Below, piece by piece: positions 11,812 to 24,180 of a DNA stretch of 64,000 bases (positions are counted from its first letter, which is position 1; each line of letters begins with the position of its first letter). Location: positions 3,245,058-3,309,057 of the forward strand of contig MU053487.1 in assembly GCA_013239625.1 (NCBI GenBank), given 5' to 3'. The notes under the pieces are model-generated. The model worked only from the letters and a program-made list of their open reading frames with translations, did no database searches and was not told where the DNA came from. The position numbers were made by a program, and so were the translations under genes. The DNA comes from Lama guanicoe. Lineage: Eukaryota.

Positions 11812-14450
11812 CTGGGGACTTCTGGTTCCAGGACAATATGGAATAAACACACATCTCCCCAGTCCCTCTGTTAAGTACAGTTAAAAGAAAAACAAAAACA
11901 AGAAACAAAAAACCCTGGGCTTTATATATATAAACATAAGACTCTAAAGGGAAAGAAAGACAAAACTGGCTATAGACCTTGAGACCTACAGGATGACGTG
12001 GTGGTGATTCCCGGAGTTTTCTTTTTGCCTCAAATATCTCAGACTGAGTATTGAAGAAGCAACCCAGAAATTAATGTATACAGACAAAAATAAAATAAAA
12101 TAAGGCCTGCTCTTTTTAGCCAAAGGCCTAAAGAAGGGGTAGCCTAACAAGAAAGAAAACTTTTAGACAATAATACTCTACTCCAGCCAAACCACAGAAA
12201 AAACTGCAATAATAATACCTACCTTCTGCCAGCTAAGACAAACGAGGACTCTAGGCTTCCACTCCTACCTGCTGGGTGATGTCACCAGGCCTAGCGGAGA
12301 GTCAGGGTTTTCACCACTGCCAGCAGCAATGTGCTCCGCCACCCTGTCAGTGGAAACCACCAGGGGAGCAGGAACAAGGCATCCTTCCCCTCCCAGCTAG
12401 GGTGGTATCAGCAGAGGCTCAGTGGGCTGCCTGAATTCCCACCCTGGCCCACAGTAACTGGGCAGCCACCTCACCCCCTTCTTAGGATGGCAACAGAGGC
12501 TGGATAGGGAACCTGAACTTCGACCTCTATTTGACAGCATCGGTGTGGTGTGAGAGGAATCCGCTAAAACAGAAGATTCAAATAAGATCCAGAGCCTCAG
12601 AACATAACACTCAAAATGTCCAGGACGGAAAATCACGCTTCATACCAAGGACCAGGAAAATCTCAACTTGAGCAAGAAAAGGCAATCAACAGAGGCTAAT
12701 ACCAACAAGACACAGAAGGTGAAGTTATCTGACAAGGATTTTAAAGCAGCCAGTGTAAAAATGCTTCAATGAGTAATTATAGACATATTTGAAACACATA
12801 AAAAAAAAGAGTTCCAGCAAAGAAACAAAACAGATGAAGAACTGAACTGAAATTTTAAAACTGAAAAAGAAAAAGCTGAAATAAAAATCTCCCTGGATAG
12901 GTTCTATAGCAAAATGAACTTGAAGAAAGAATAATAGAAATCGCCCAATCTGAACAACAGAGAGAGGACAGACTGAAAACAAAAAACAAAAAACAAAAAA
13001 CAGAGTCTCAGGAATTTGTGGGACTATAAGAACAGATGTAATATTAGTATCATTGAAGTCCCAAAAGGACAGAAGAGAGAAGGCGGAGTTTAAAAAGTAT
13101 TCAAATAAATATGGTTCAGAATTTTCCAAATATAGCAAAGACTTTAGGTAAACCTATAGATTCATAAGCTGATCAAACCCCGTACAGGATAACCCAAAGA
13201 AATTCATGCCAAGATATGTCACAAACCTCTGGAAACTAAAGACAAAGAAAGAATCTTAAAAGCATCCAGAGAGAAATGACAACTTCCCTATAACAGAAAA
13301 AACAATGTGAATGATGTCAAATTTCTCATCAGAAGCCATGGGACGTCAGAAGGAAGTGACACAACACTGTTCAAGTGCTTAAAGAAAAGAACTGTCAATT
13401 CAAGATCCTACCTGCCAAGAAAACCTGAAACAAAGAGGAAATCAAGACATTCTCAGAGAAAGAAAAACTGTGAGAATTTGTCAACAGCAGCCTTACCCTT
13501 AAAAAACAGCTAAAGGAAGTTTTTGAAACAGAAAATAAATGACTGAAGAAGGAACCCTGGAATATCAAGAAGGAAGAACCAAAGAGTGAAAATAATCTAA
13601 TACATTTTCCTTCTCCTCTTGAGTTTTCTAAATTATATCTGATGGTTTAAGCAAAAGATTAGTGGTTGTGTGCAGGATAGATTAGGGAAGTTGACAAGCA
13701 CTCTGGTAATTCCTACTTCAAGCAACTGCACAAAGAAAAGGAAGAAATGAAGTGACTGCTGGCTGCGAGGAGGGACTCTGTGGTCCCCAAGAGTTCCTCT
13801 TTGCTAAAAAGATGGAAGCCCACCAGGTCCAGTCCAGCGTCTCCTGTCCTGAGCACTTATGCACTGCTTGATGTGGTTCTCAACTTGTATAAAGGAATGA
13901 TTTAAGACAGTTATAAACGGGGAGAATAAAGGGACTTAAAGGGAAGACAGGTTTCTGTCCCTCACTGAAACTGGTAATGTCAACACAAGTAGAACTGAGG
14001 TAAGTTATGTATATACAATGTCATACCTAAATATCTACACAAAGAGATACTCTCCAAACACTGTAAATACATCAAAATGAAATTCTACTCAAAATGACCA
14101 AAATTTTAGAGATGAGAATAGATTAGTGATTGGAAGGTGTCAGGGATGGTTGGAGGGGAATGGAGTGGGTGTGCTATAAAGAGGTGGCCGAGGGAGGTCT
14201 CTATTGAAGTGGTGCTTACGTGGTTCTACACATGATAAAATGGCAAAGAACTGAATCCACACATTGTACCAATGTCAAGTTACTGGTTTTGGTATGCAAC
14301 TATCGTTGCATAAGATGTATCCATTCAGGGAAATCGTGTGAAAGATTCAGGAACTTCTCTGTACTATTCTTGCAATTTCCTGTGAATCTATAATTATCTG
14401 AAGATAAAAAAGTTTTTTGTAAATGTAACATTAAAATGAAGTAAAAATAA
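11812..14450 (+). mobile_element. Ancient L1M 5' UTR/ORF1 region plus 3'-end fragment
   Basis: Starts GGGGACTTCTGGTTCC...AATATGG. Decayed ORF1 (AAAACTAAAGACAAAGAAAGAATCTTAAAAGCATCCAGAGAGAAA, GATTTCTCATCAGAA-like) at ~12600-13560. L1MC/MD-like 3' end at 14100-14450. Confidence 0.8.
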
Positions 14451-14509
14451 AAACCTCTGGGTGCTTATGCAATGACTAAAACTTAGTTTTCCATCTAGTT
14501 TCCCCCGGT

Positions 14510-15225
14510 TTTAATGAGATATAATTGGCATACAGCACTATGTACGTTCAAGGTGTACAGCATAATGATTTGACCTACACTGACTGTGAAATGATCACCA
14601 CAATAAGTTTAGTTAACGTCCATCATCTCATATAGATTAAAAAAGGGAAATGCTTTTTCCTTGTGATGAGAACGTTTAGGATCTACTCTCTTAACAACTT
14701 TTCTGTCATACGTACAGCATTGTAAACTATAGACATCATGTTTTACATTACATCCCTAATACCTGTATTTCTTAAAACTGGAAGTTTGTACATTTTGACC
14801 ATCTTCTGCCAACTCCCCCTTCCCTCAACACTCACCTCTGATAACCACAAATCTGATCTCTTTTTCTATGAGTTTAGTTTTCTGTCTGCTTAGATTCCAC
14901 ATATAAGTGAGATCATACATTACATGTCTCTGTCTGACTTACTTCACTTAGCATAACACACTCAAGGTCTATCCATGTTGTCTCAAATGGCAGAATTTCC
15001 TTCTTTTTTAATGGCTGAAATACACATACATACACACACACAGGCACACACAGGCACACACAGCTTCTTTATAGTTTCATCCATTGATGGACACATAGGT
15101 TGTCTCCACATTTTGGCTTTTGTAATTAATACTATGAACATGGGAGTGCCAATATCTCTCTGACACAGAGTTTCATTTCCTTTGAATATATACCAAGAAG
15201 TAGAATTGCTAGATCATATGATCTT
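14510..15225 (-). mobile_element. L1 (L1MA-type) 3' end
   Basis: GAGATATAATTGGCATACAGCACTATG...AGATTCCACATATAAGTGAGATCAT...CTGACTTACTTCACTTAGCATAA...TCCATTGATGGACACATAGGTTG. Confidence 0.85.
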
Positions 15226-15369
15226 GTTAGAAATAAGGAGCCTCAAGGCCCACTCAAGACCTAATTCATCAAATTCTGCCCTTTAATAGGATCTCCAAGT
15301 GATTCCCAGCTACAGAAAGACAGAAAAGCTCTGCCCCATACATTTGGGAAGAGAGAGGTAGGGTACATA

Positions 15370-15775
15370 GTGTTTTTACTACCCAACATCAACATTTCTC
15401 CTCCTCAACCAGGTTCCATGCCATGATTTTCCTCAGCCCCAGCTCCAGACACAGATCTAAACCCAGCAGCGCCTCTCCTTGGTGCTGAGCGCGACGACTG
15501 GTTCAGGCATGCCACGTGATCCAATTGGAGTCAGTGAGACCCAGTGAATCCTCTGAGAGAACCCACTGTGCTTGAATGAAAAAGGCTGTAAGTTCTGGGG
15601 CTGCTCTGGATAATGGTGGGAGACCCTGCCTGTATATGAAGCCTGTGAGTGGAGGGAAAACCAGATGCTGGTGACCTCATTGGAGCCCCTGCTTTAAGCC
15701 TTAGGGCTTGACTTTTCAGGTATGTGAGCCAGCAGATTTCCTGTATGTCTAAACTAATTTTCTTGTGTGTTCTAG
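15370..15775 (+). mobile_element. MaLR MLT1-type LTR, degenerate
   Basis: GACTGGTTCAGGCATGCCACGTGATCCAATTGG...GACTTTTCAGGTATGTGAGCCA, typical of old MLT1 LTRs. Confidence 0.6.
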
Positions 15776-15779
15776 ATAG

Positions 15780-16256
15780 ATATTATCTGTCTTCCCCGCC
15801 ACATCTCTTACCCTTGTTTCTCTGCCAGGCTCTGTGCTCAAGGATACTGACCTTCCAGAAGCTTCCCCTTGCCCGCTGGTTTCCGGTTGGAATTGGCCAA
15901 CAAGAAGCACCAGCAGGAGATGAGAGAGCAAGAGATAAAGTCAGGGTATTTATTCCCTTGCCTCCTTTCTTGTGGGGTTGCTGAGGGCTAACTTCTTTTC
16001 TAACAAAAGCTACAGCTGTTTTCAGGTAGATGTCTCCTTCACCTACCCTCTCTGATTCCAGAGTTTTCTGCCTCCTTGTTTCTTCAGGCCTCAGGCTGGT
16101 TGGTTCCCTAAAGAAGCGACACTGGAAACTACTGCACATTCCTTTGGTTTTCCTATTCTTGGCCCATGCCTCTGCAGACAGCTCCTTTACTAAACTTTTC
16201 TCAAATTATCCATTTTAAGTGTACCATTTACTTCCTTTGGGGACCTGTCTGGTACC
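15780..16256 (+). mobile_element. ERVL LTR (LTR33/LTR16-like), 5' LTR of the adjoining internal region
   Basis: GGCCAACAAGAAGCACCAGCAGGAGATGAGAGAG...CCTTTACTAAACTTTTCTCAAATTATCC...GGGACCTGTCTGGTAC, followed by a PBS-like TGGTATCAGGAGTGG. Confidence 0.65.
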
Positions 16257-17170
16257 ATAATTGGTATCAGGAGTGGCCTTAAAATGGGATTCCAGAATTG
16301 AGTTGCTCATGTATATGAGGAAGGCATGGATTACCTCCATGTTGAGGGGAAATGGGACCCTGGCCACCCATAGCATGCAGGGCTCTCACAAGTAAGGAAG
16401 TTAGCACTGGTGATGGCATGGGATAAAGCACAGGTGGAGGGCAAGACGTGGGGAGATTCAACCAACTCCAAGTATTTATAACGAACTGGGTATTACCTAG
16501 TTCACTGAATCATAGAACCGGAGAGGCCTATCAGCCTGCCATTGTGAAACAGAAATGATACTGGGCAGGTAATAAATACCCAGCTACTGGGCAGGTCCAA
16601 AAGCACTACTTGACTCCTCTTGTATCCAGTGCCACTATATGATTATATCTCCTCCAACATTCTACCTATGTCTTCAAGGGAAACACATATGATCAGTAGT
16701 GGAGGAAAAAATAACACAAGCTTATTTTACAGATGAATCTACACACATGCTGGAACCAGCCAGAAGTGGGTAACTGTTGCATCACAGCCCACTTGAGTGG
16801 CTACAGAAGCCAGCAGTGAAGAGATATCTTCCAGTGGGCAGTACTCTGCTGCAGATCTAAGGTTCACAGCTAACATGACTTGCTAATAGGATGGCCAGCT
16901 GGTCAGGAATTTAGAAAGAACAAGATTAGAAGATTGGTGACAAGGGAGTCTAGGGGAAAGATGGACTTCTTGCAAAACACTGAGTGTACAGATACTCATG
17001 TTCCACGTAAATGCTCATTCCAGGGCATGTTAGATGAGACTCTCAATAATCAGGGGGACAAGATGACCCAACCTGTGGACATCAGATAGCCTCTTCCTCA
17101 GGTACTCCGATGCTTGGTCAATAGAGCCATTTACAAAGTGGCCATGGTGACAGGGAAAGAGACTGTGCCC
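16257..17170 (+). mobile_element. ERVL internal remnant (pol RNase H to start of integrase), internally deleted
   Basis: Frameshifted peptides AYFTDES/AGTSQKW, SSQWA, ASWSG..KIGDKGV, HVNAH, NNQGDKMTQPVD and QSGHGDR match ERVL pol motifs. Confidence 0.8.
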
Positions 17171-20100
17171 CTGCCAGCTGTGACGGTGTATCTGCTTCAC
17201 TGAAGGGCTGGCTTTAACTGGGCACTTCATATGCTTGCCCTCTAGTTTAAAGCACAAAAACGGTGAGAGCAGGGATGCACACTCACCCTATAATTCAGAG
17301 GTGCAAAGACAACATAGCTTTCTTTTTTTTCTGTAATCTGTTCTTTCCCAAAAGCCCCCACCCTACTGGGGGTTGGGGAGGGGAATGTTAGGCTTGCCAG
17401 TAAACAATATATTAAATTATTTGGTTCAGTGTCTTTCAGAGTAACTTGGTCTCTGTTAAGTAAATGCTGCTTCCCAGGTCTCTTTCCCTTCCTCCTTCCT
17501 CTTGTCGTGAAGGTCTGGGAGTACGGGAAAGGAGAGGCTCAAATGGGACCTCACAAAAGGAAGCAGTTGCCTTGGATCCCTGTGAACAGGTCCTTCTACT
17601 GTCTTCTGGCTCTGCCATGAAACACCTAGTCTGATTCCTGAGTTCCTATAATTACCTGCTGAGATGCAGTTGGCCTCATCTGGCCTTTGGGGTGTGATGC
17701 CAGCACTCAGAGAAGTCCACAGTCCCAACCATTTGCCTTGGGCCACAAAGCCCTACCTCTACAGCCTTTTCATTCCAACTCTCTACACCAGCCTCTACAA
17801 CACTCCTGTATGCTTCCTTGGGGCACAGGGAAGCTTCTGACCTCTTGCACACCGAGTGTAGGCCGTGAGGGACTGGATATGGTGTCCTGTGTTAGCTGGC
17901 CTAGCCTCTGCACTCCATTATTGCTACATTATTTGTCCCTACAGTAAATTGGACATGATGCAAAGCCAAGTGGAAGGCTTCTCTTAGCAGCTTGCCACCT
18001 CCCCCAAGCCATACCTGGGGAAGCAATACCCAAGCCTCTGGTGTTCTTGGGTTCTTATTATTTTCCCTATCTGTTTGGATGTTTCTATAGTTTCCCCTCG
18101 TCAAGATTTGGATGGGTTGGAGAGAACGGATGGGGAAAATGAGGACCTGCCCTGCTTTCTTTCCCTCTTCTGTTTCTCCTGTTCACATACCTGCAGGTAG
18201 GAAAAGACAAGTGCTACTTTTATTTCGTCTTCCTTTTTTTCCCCAAGGCAGTGACCCTCGTGGTCTGGACATTACAGGTGAGTGGGGTTTTATCCCTACT
18301 GTATTCAAGGAATATCGTGATCTGAGTAAGGCAGGGCTTTTGATATAAAGGCTGGAGGAAAACTGAATTGGCAAGGACAATTATATTGATGGTCCTTCTC
18401 TCAAATTTAATTTATTTTGAAAAAGTAAGACCCTTCGCAGGGGTGCTTTGTGCCAACGTCCCAGTTACAGGTTCTGTCTGCTGCCTTAAGGTCTGCCCAC
18501 TTTTCCAAATCGTCACAGTACAAACTGCTTCTCTATCCTTTCTGCATCCCAGGATTGTGGCCCTAAGATTCGAGGCAATTTGTGGGCACGCTCATCTCCT
18601 GGCCATACGTTTTCTACAGCCTGGTTACTTAATATAGAAGAATGCCATGTTAGTATGTGCCCATGCAAACACACGCTTCACCAGGACCCTCCAAGGAGTC
18701 TCTGGCACTACAAATTTGCTTCCTTTCTGGGTCTCCCCGCCACATGAAATGTTAGTAACACACCACGCATACCATGTGCACATACATTAACGGGTGAAAT
18801 TATGTAACTCCATATTGAGAAAAGTTTTTTCCAGATGCAACAGTCTGTACAGCTTTACTTTCTGACGACAAACTTGGTGCTTGTGCAATATATGGTTAGT
18901 TCCTCTTTGTTTTCCTGCTTTCAGGTTGTGTCTCAATGGTTATCAGGTGCATAAAAAGAACCATTACAGCACCAACTATTCTATAGTTACCACAAAGCTA
19001 CCAAATCTTTAAAACTAATTATTTTTCTCTCTAGGATTTGGGCAAGTTAAATTCTTGGGCAGAGCATTCTGTAGGACACTTCTGTGTAGTTCTATGTAAG
19101 GGGTCAAGGTGGGCTTCATCATCTTCAGGTACAACCAGACGCTGTGTGGGAAGATGGCACCGGAAGTAGGGGGGCTAAGTGGATTCGCACTTACTTAAGA
19201 GAGAACAAGTTATCCCCCAAAAGACTGAACCAGAAGAACCTGACATCTTCTCTGCTGGATGCAGTGGATGGAGCTTAGACTCCACTCTAAGGTCCCAGAG
19301 AGCTCTCCGGTGACATTCACCAGAGAAGTAACACCAATGTCCAGGGCCCAGGCCCCTCTGCATCATGGAAGACAATCTTGTCCTCAGACAGACTGCTCAC
19401 AGCTGTGCACGTGGAGAACAGTTCATAAATGTCTGTGCACTGTATCTGATAGGACACTTTTGTCTCCATTTCTTGATGTCCTGAAATTTCCAACCCAGTG
19501 CCCAGGCAGGCAGGGGCCTCTCTCATTTTGGTAGAACTGAACCTCAAATTCACCTTCAGGTAGGGTGGTAAAGGCAAACAAGGCTGAACAATCCACTGAG
19601 AATCAAAGAGAAAGCCTTTATTTCCTCCCCCAGATATTGCAATAATGCTACGGGCAGCAAGCATGCAGCAGCCAGCAGTACGGTGTGAATGACATCATGC
19701 AGATGGTGGATAAAACCTGTTTTTCTTGAGTAAGCAGACCTGAGTCAGACATACGGCAGGCACTGTTACTCAACCTCCATCTCCACGACACTTTCTTACT
19801 CTATTCCCACCAAATAATACATAACAGCTACCACTTACCTAGCACTCACAACAAGCCAGATACTGTGCAAAGCATTTCCAGGAACTTCTGGAGGCAAGTT
19901 TCTTAACCTTTCTGAGTTTGTTTCCTCATCTGTAAAACTGGGACAAGAACCTCCAAGGCTATTTTACTGACTATGTGAGGTATTTATTTTTGTTCCTTAG
20001 CACATTGCCTGGCGCGTTATAGGTACTTAAATCTGTCGCTGTGAAGATTTTATTGGGCTTTTTATCTGAATTTACATTAATTTAATGAATCTAGGCATTA

Positions 20101-22959
20101 AATTTCATGCTGTCTGAATCTATCCAGTTCCTGAGTTCAGAGAGAGAAGGATACCAAGTTATCAGAAGATAAATGTGATTATTCAGTTCCTGAGTTTAGA
20201 TAGTGAGAGATACTTGTATTTTTGAAAGTCTTTCTAAACTACAGCTGTGCCTCGGAGATTCTGAGACTCCTGCCTAAGGCTGAGAAATAAATGGTAAATA
20301 CACTTCTGCAAATTTTCCTAAAAAGGAGAGAAATGCAGCTCTTCACACATTTCTCAACTGTCATCGTGCTGGCAAGGCTTAAGGTGGGCAAACAACAACA
20401 ACCAAAGCCCACACTGCACAAAAATCCTTTACTTCCTGTCTAGTGATAGGATCTCCCTCACTCCTCATGAGTGGTCCACAATCCAATTTGAAATACGGAA
20501 CATTCACAAGAAGAGAGGACTACAGTTACGTGGCAGCACGGGCCAAGTGCCGGGAAATGGTCTGAGGCAGTCAGTGTACATGATTTCCCTCGGGGCTGGA
20601 ACAAGCTCAGAAAAAGCATGCAGAGTAGAGGGGAGGGGAGGGCTGACCATCAGCTGAACCTGGCAGAGCCAGTAAGACTGGACAGGTGGAGCACAATAAA
20701 GGTGCCATTCCTGGAAGGAGGAAGGGCCTGGACAAAGAGCGGCACAGTGAAACTAGGTTGAAGAGGGTGTTTGAAACACTCTGAACTCAGCTTTAAGCAA
20801 GGGAAGGGCAGACTGTGGGGTACCTTAAACATTATTACTGCCCAAGACATGAGAAACCAAACTTTAAACTATGAAATATACTTTCAAAGAACCCATAAAC
20901 ATGCAGGAATACTTGAGCACTAGTGTGTAGCCATCGCCAGGTTAAGAAATGGCTCTCTACCTGAATCTTGCAAGTCTTACTTTGTTTCTATCATGAGATT
21001 CATCCAAGTTATTTTACGTATAGGTTGTTACTTCAGCCAGCATTAATTACATCCACATACGTTTCTTATTTATCCTGAGAAGTTCCACATAATATATAAT
21101 ATAACATATACATGCAATTACCAATCCTCTATCAATGGATACCTTTATCCAAGGTTGGTGAAATTTTGATACTAGGACCAGGGTTCAGAATCACCTTAAC
21201 TTCCCTTCTCCCCCCAGTCCCTAAAAGATTATTGAGGGAGCCAAACAAAAGGACCAGCAGCCTAACAGGAATGAAAGCATTACTTTATTAACTGCTTCAA
21301 AAAGGCCTAAAACCCCTTTGTACCTGTTCAGAACACTCTGCATGGCTGGCTCCCTCTGCAGAGATTTTCTCCAAACTCCGTAACTATTCTCCGCCACAGT
21401 ATACTGGCCTTTTCCTGCATGATGCTTTGTAACATAATTCCTTATCTATGTATTTGTTTAGTTGCTTACCATTTCTCCATTAGACTTTATGCTCCACGAA
21501 AGCGGAACTAAGTTGCTTTGTTTACCACTATACACTCAGTGTTTATGATAGAGCTCTAACATGGAAGATACTCCATAAGCTGAGAAAGAGGTTAAGGTTT
21601 GGGCTTCTGGCTTCAAATGGCCATCAAGTCCTTGCTCATTAAAAACATGGGATCTTAACGACTATCAGTTCACATGCAGAAAGCCCAGGAGACAGGGGAA
21701 ACAAAACGACCAGATCTGCAGATTTGTACTTGCAGAACAGGTCCTGGCTCAACTAAACCATCAAGCTATGTGCAAGAAAGAAGTAGAAAAGAATCCATTA
21801 ACCAACGTAGAGTGACCCTGACCACCAAGAATGTGGGTCAGTTAACATTCTGAATTTTCACTATGAGGTCAGTTGCTCCTTTTCACTGGGGGAGAGGAAG
21901 AGAGAAAGGAGGAAGGTGGCCAAATTTCTCCCTGAGGTATATACTATACTGCATATAATTTCAAAGGAGTAAAACAACCAAACAAACAAAAACCCCACAA
22001 ACCTTCTGAAGGCTGTCCATGTCCACAAAGGCCAATAAACCCAGGTTAAGAATCTCTAGTTTACAGATGTCTCTTTTGGTACAAACCTTGAGATATTTTA
22101 TCTTTACTATCAGATTTAGCTCTTCTCTGATACTTGAACCCCATACCTCTTCTCCCTGCAAAAATAAAGGCAACACATGTCAATTAAAAAAGGTGTCAGT
22201 ATTAATGGCTACGTCCAATTTCTACAGCAAGGCCTGTACTAGGTTTTCAAATTTGGGGACTCTGGAACCTTGGCTGCGACTAGAATATTGCAGCCTCTCA
22301 ACTTCCACCTGTTGAACTCATGTTAACTTTGCAGGGTCTCCTCCTACATGGAACTTTCTCCAGGGCCACGCCAGGTGGAAACGCGCTAACAGCTTCGCTC
22401 CCACACCTCACAGTTGACTGCTTTGGTTTCGTGGTCAGCGGACTTCCTGCATAGGGCTTCCTGTACTCGGTGAAGGTCTCTTTCTTAATGACTATTATCA
22501 GCCTTAAGGATATTCAACTGAGAAGAGTTTCCGCACCTAGCTCAATCCTTGCCCATATTCTTTTTTCCCATTTCACCAAGCGCGTTCAGTTTTCACCTCA
22601 TTAATTTCCCCAATAGACCTAAGTAGTCAACCTGAGAAAACTGAAGTTCAATGAGGCCACACAAAAGTCAAGGCCCCTGAAACGACCTCAAATTTCGCAA
22701 GCCAAATCTCACTCGTTTTAACAGCCCCAGACGTGTCAGGGAAAAACTGTTTCCAAGCCAAGCTTCCGAGGCCCCCAAAGAGGTGCTCATTGGAGCTCCA
22801 GGTCCAAAGTTGAGAACTCCGTCCCTGCCCAGTAAGGTTTCATATAGAGAGAACTTCCGCCTTGAAAAAGTGTCATCGTGGAGCGAGCTTCCGGTTCCAC
22901 AGTCCAGTAGCCCAAGGCCTTTTATCCTAGTTGGCAGTTGTCCACACCCCAAGGCTACC

Positions 22960-24180
22960 CAACCCAGCTGCTCCCTTGGGTTTCTCTACACCCTGTGGAG
23001 CTGTTTGCACGTCTCCAGGGAGTGGCGGTTACGCCGCAACGTCCCTCGGGAGAACTGGGCAAAGCCGAGCGGGGTACCCACAATCTCGAAGGATTGGAGT
23101 CCAGGCGCGGAGCGGAGCGCCCAGAGCCTGGAGGCGGGACTAATTTATGACTGACGTCCACACACACCTATTGCCTTTCTGATTCCTTCTCAAACAAGCC
23201 AATGAATGCGACGACGGAGACGGCAACGTGCCCCCGCCGCCAGAAGTGGATTCGTCCCCTCCACTCGGGTGCCCTTTGGTCTCCATGCTTAGTGTGGCTA
23301 CTACCTCTATGCCACTTTAGGCTCTCCTCCGGCCTTTCGATGCCCGTGCTGAACTCCTTCCTAAGCATTTCTTCTTTTCTATTGTCAACTTCCTCCTCCT
23401 CGGGCTTCCGGCTTGCTCGCTGCTTATCCAGCCACACTTGAGATGGCGGCTGGCGGGCGGGGCCAAGGCGGGGCGTGCCCGGCGCGGTGACGCCAGCGCG
23501 CTGCGTGTCGGCAGGTGGAGGGAGAAGGGAAAGTTTGGCCCGTGCGTGGGGCTGGGTGGAGGGCGGGACAGAGGGGTTGGGCCCAGGCGAAGCTCCTGTG
23601 GCTGCTGCAGCGGAGGCCGAGGCCGGGACGTGGGCCGGGCGGGGGAGTGCCGGCCGCGGAGGAGCAGGACTCTAGGTCTGCCGGCACTTCGAGCCCCCAG
23701 CCGCTCTGCCGCGCGGCCACCCCGCGCCCAGGCGCCGTCCAACCCGTGGCTGTTCCCGAGGCGGTTGGTGGGGGCGCGGCAGCAGCGGTTGGGGGTGGGG
23801 AGAGGCGCGGCGAGGAGACGAGAGGTCAGCGAGTTTGAGGGAGGACTGAGTGCCCGGCCGCCGTCATGTCCGAGGACTCGAGCGCCCTGCCCTGGTCCAT
23901 CAACAGGGACGATTACGAGCTGCAGGAGGTGATAGGTGAGAGCTGGAGCCGCGGAGGGGGGAGGCGCCGCGCTGGGCGGCGGGTGACACGCGGGAACGTG
24001 GGGACCCACGGGAGCTCCGGGAGCGCGGGACTCCCAGACATTCGTGGGCGCTAGTGGGGCCCGGGGGTTGGTAGGGCGCGTGGTGGAGGCTCCGGGCTTG
24101 TGCAGCGCGTACGAGGCGGGGAGGGGATTTTGAGTGGCGCGCCTGTGCGGCGGGGTGGGGTGGGGTTTGAGGGGCTCACG
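22960..24180 (+). promoter_or_regulatory. OXSR1 CpG island promoter
   Basis: CpG-dense. CRE-like TGACGTC (23152-23158), CCAAT (23199-23203), ETS CTTCCGG (23405-23411), YY1 AGATGGCGGC (23441-23450) and GC boxes at 23456-23475. Confidence 0.85.
23866..23935 (+). CDS. OXSR1: OXSR1 coding exon 1 (70 nt)
   Basis: GCCGTC-ATG. MSEDSSALPWSINRDDYELQEVI(G). G|GTGAGA donor. Confidence 0.97.

Noticed and set aside
19105..19260. Peptide VWEDGTGSRGAKWI resembling the eIF4E-family WED..N..GGKW motif; FCRTL/IYEL resembling STING
   Set aside because: Only a few residues match, flanks do not align and the hits are in different frames or strands, so I treat them as chance.
23443..23490. Upstream ATG in frame with OXSR1 (possible N-terminal extension)
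   Set aside because: Closes at TGA 23488-23490 after 15 codons. It is the core of the YY1 motif and probably lies at or upstream of the TSS.
23317..24009. Long overlapping ORFs (230, 164 and 107 aa) at the OXSR1 5' end
   Set aside because: GC-rich CpG-island shadow ORFs with low-complexity R/G/P/A content and no domain.
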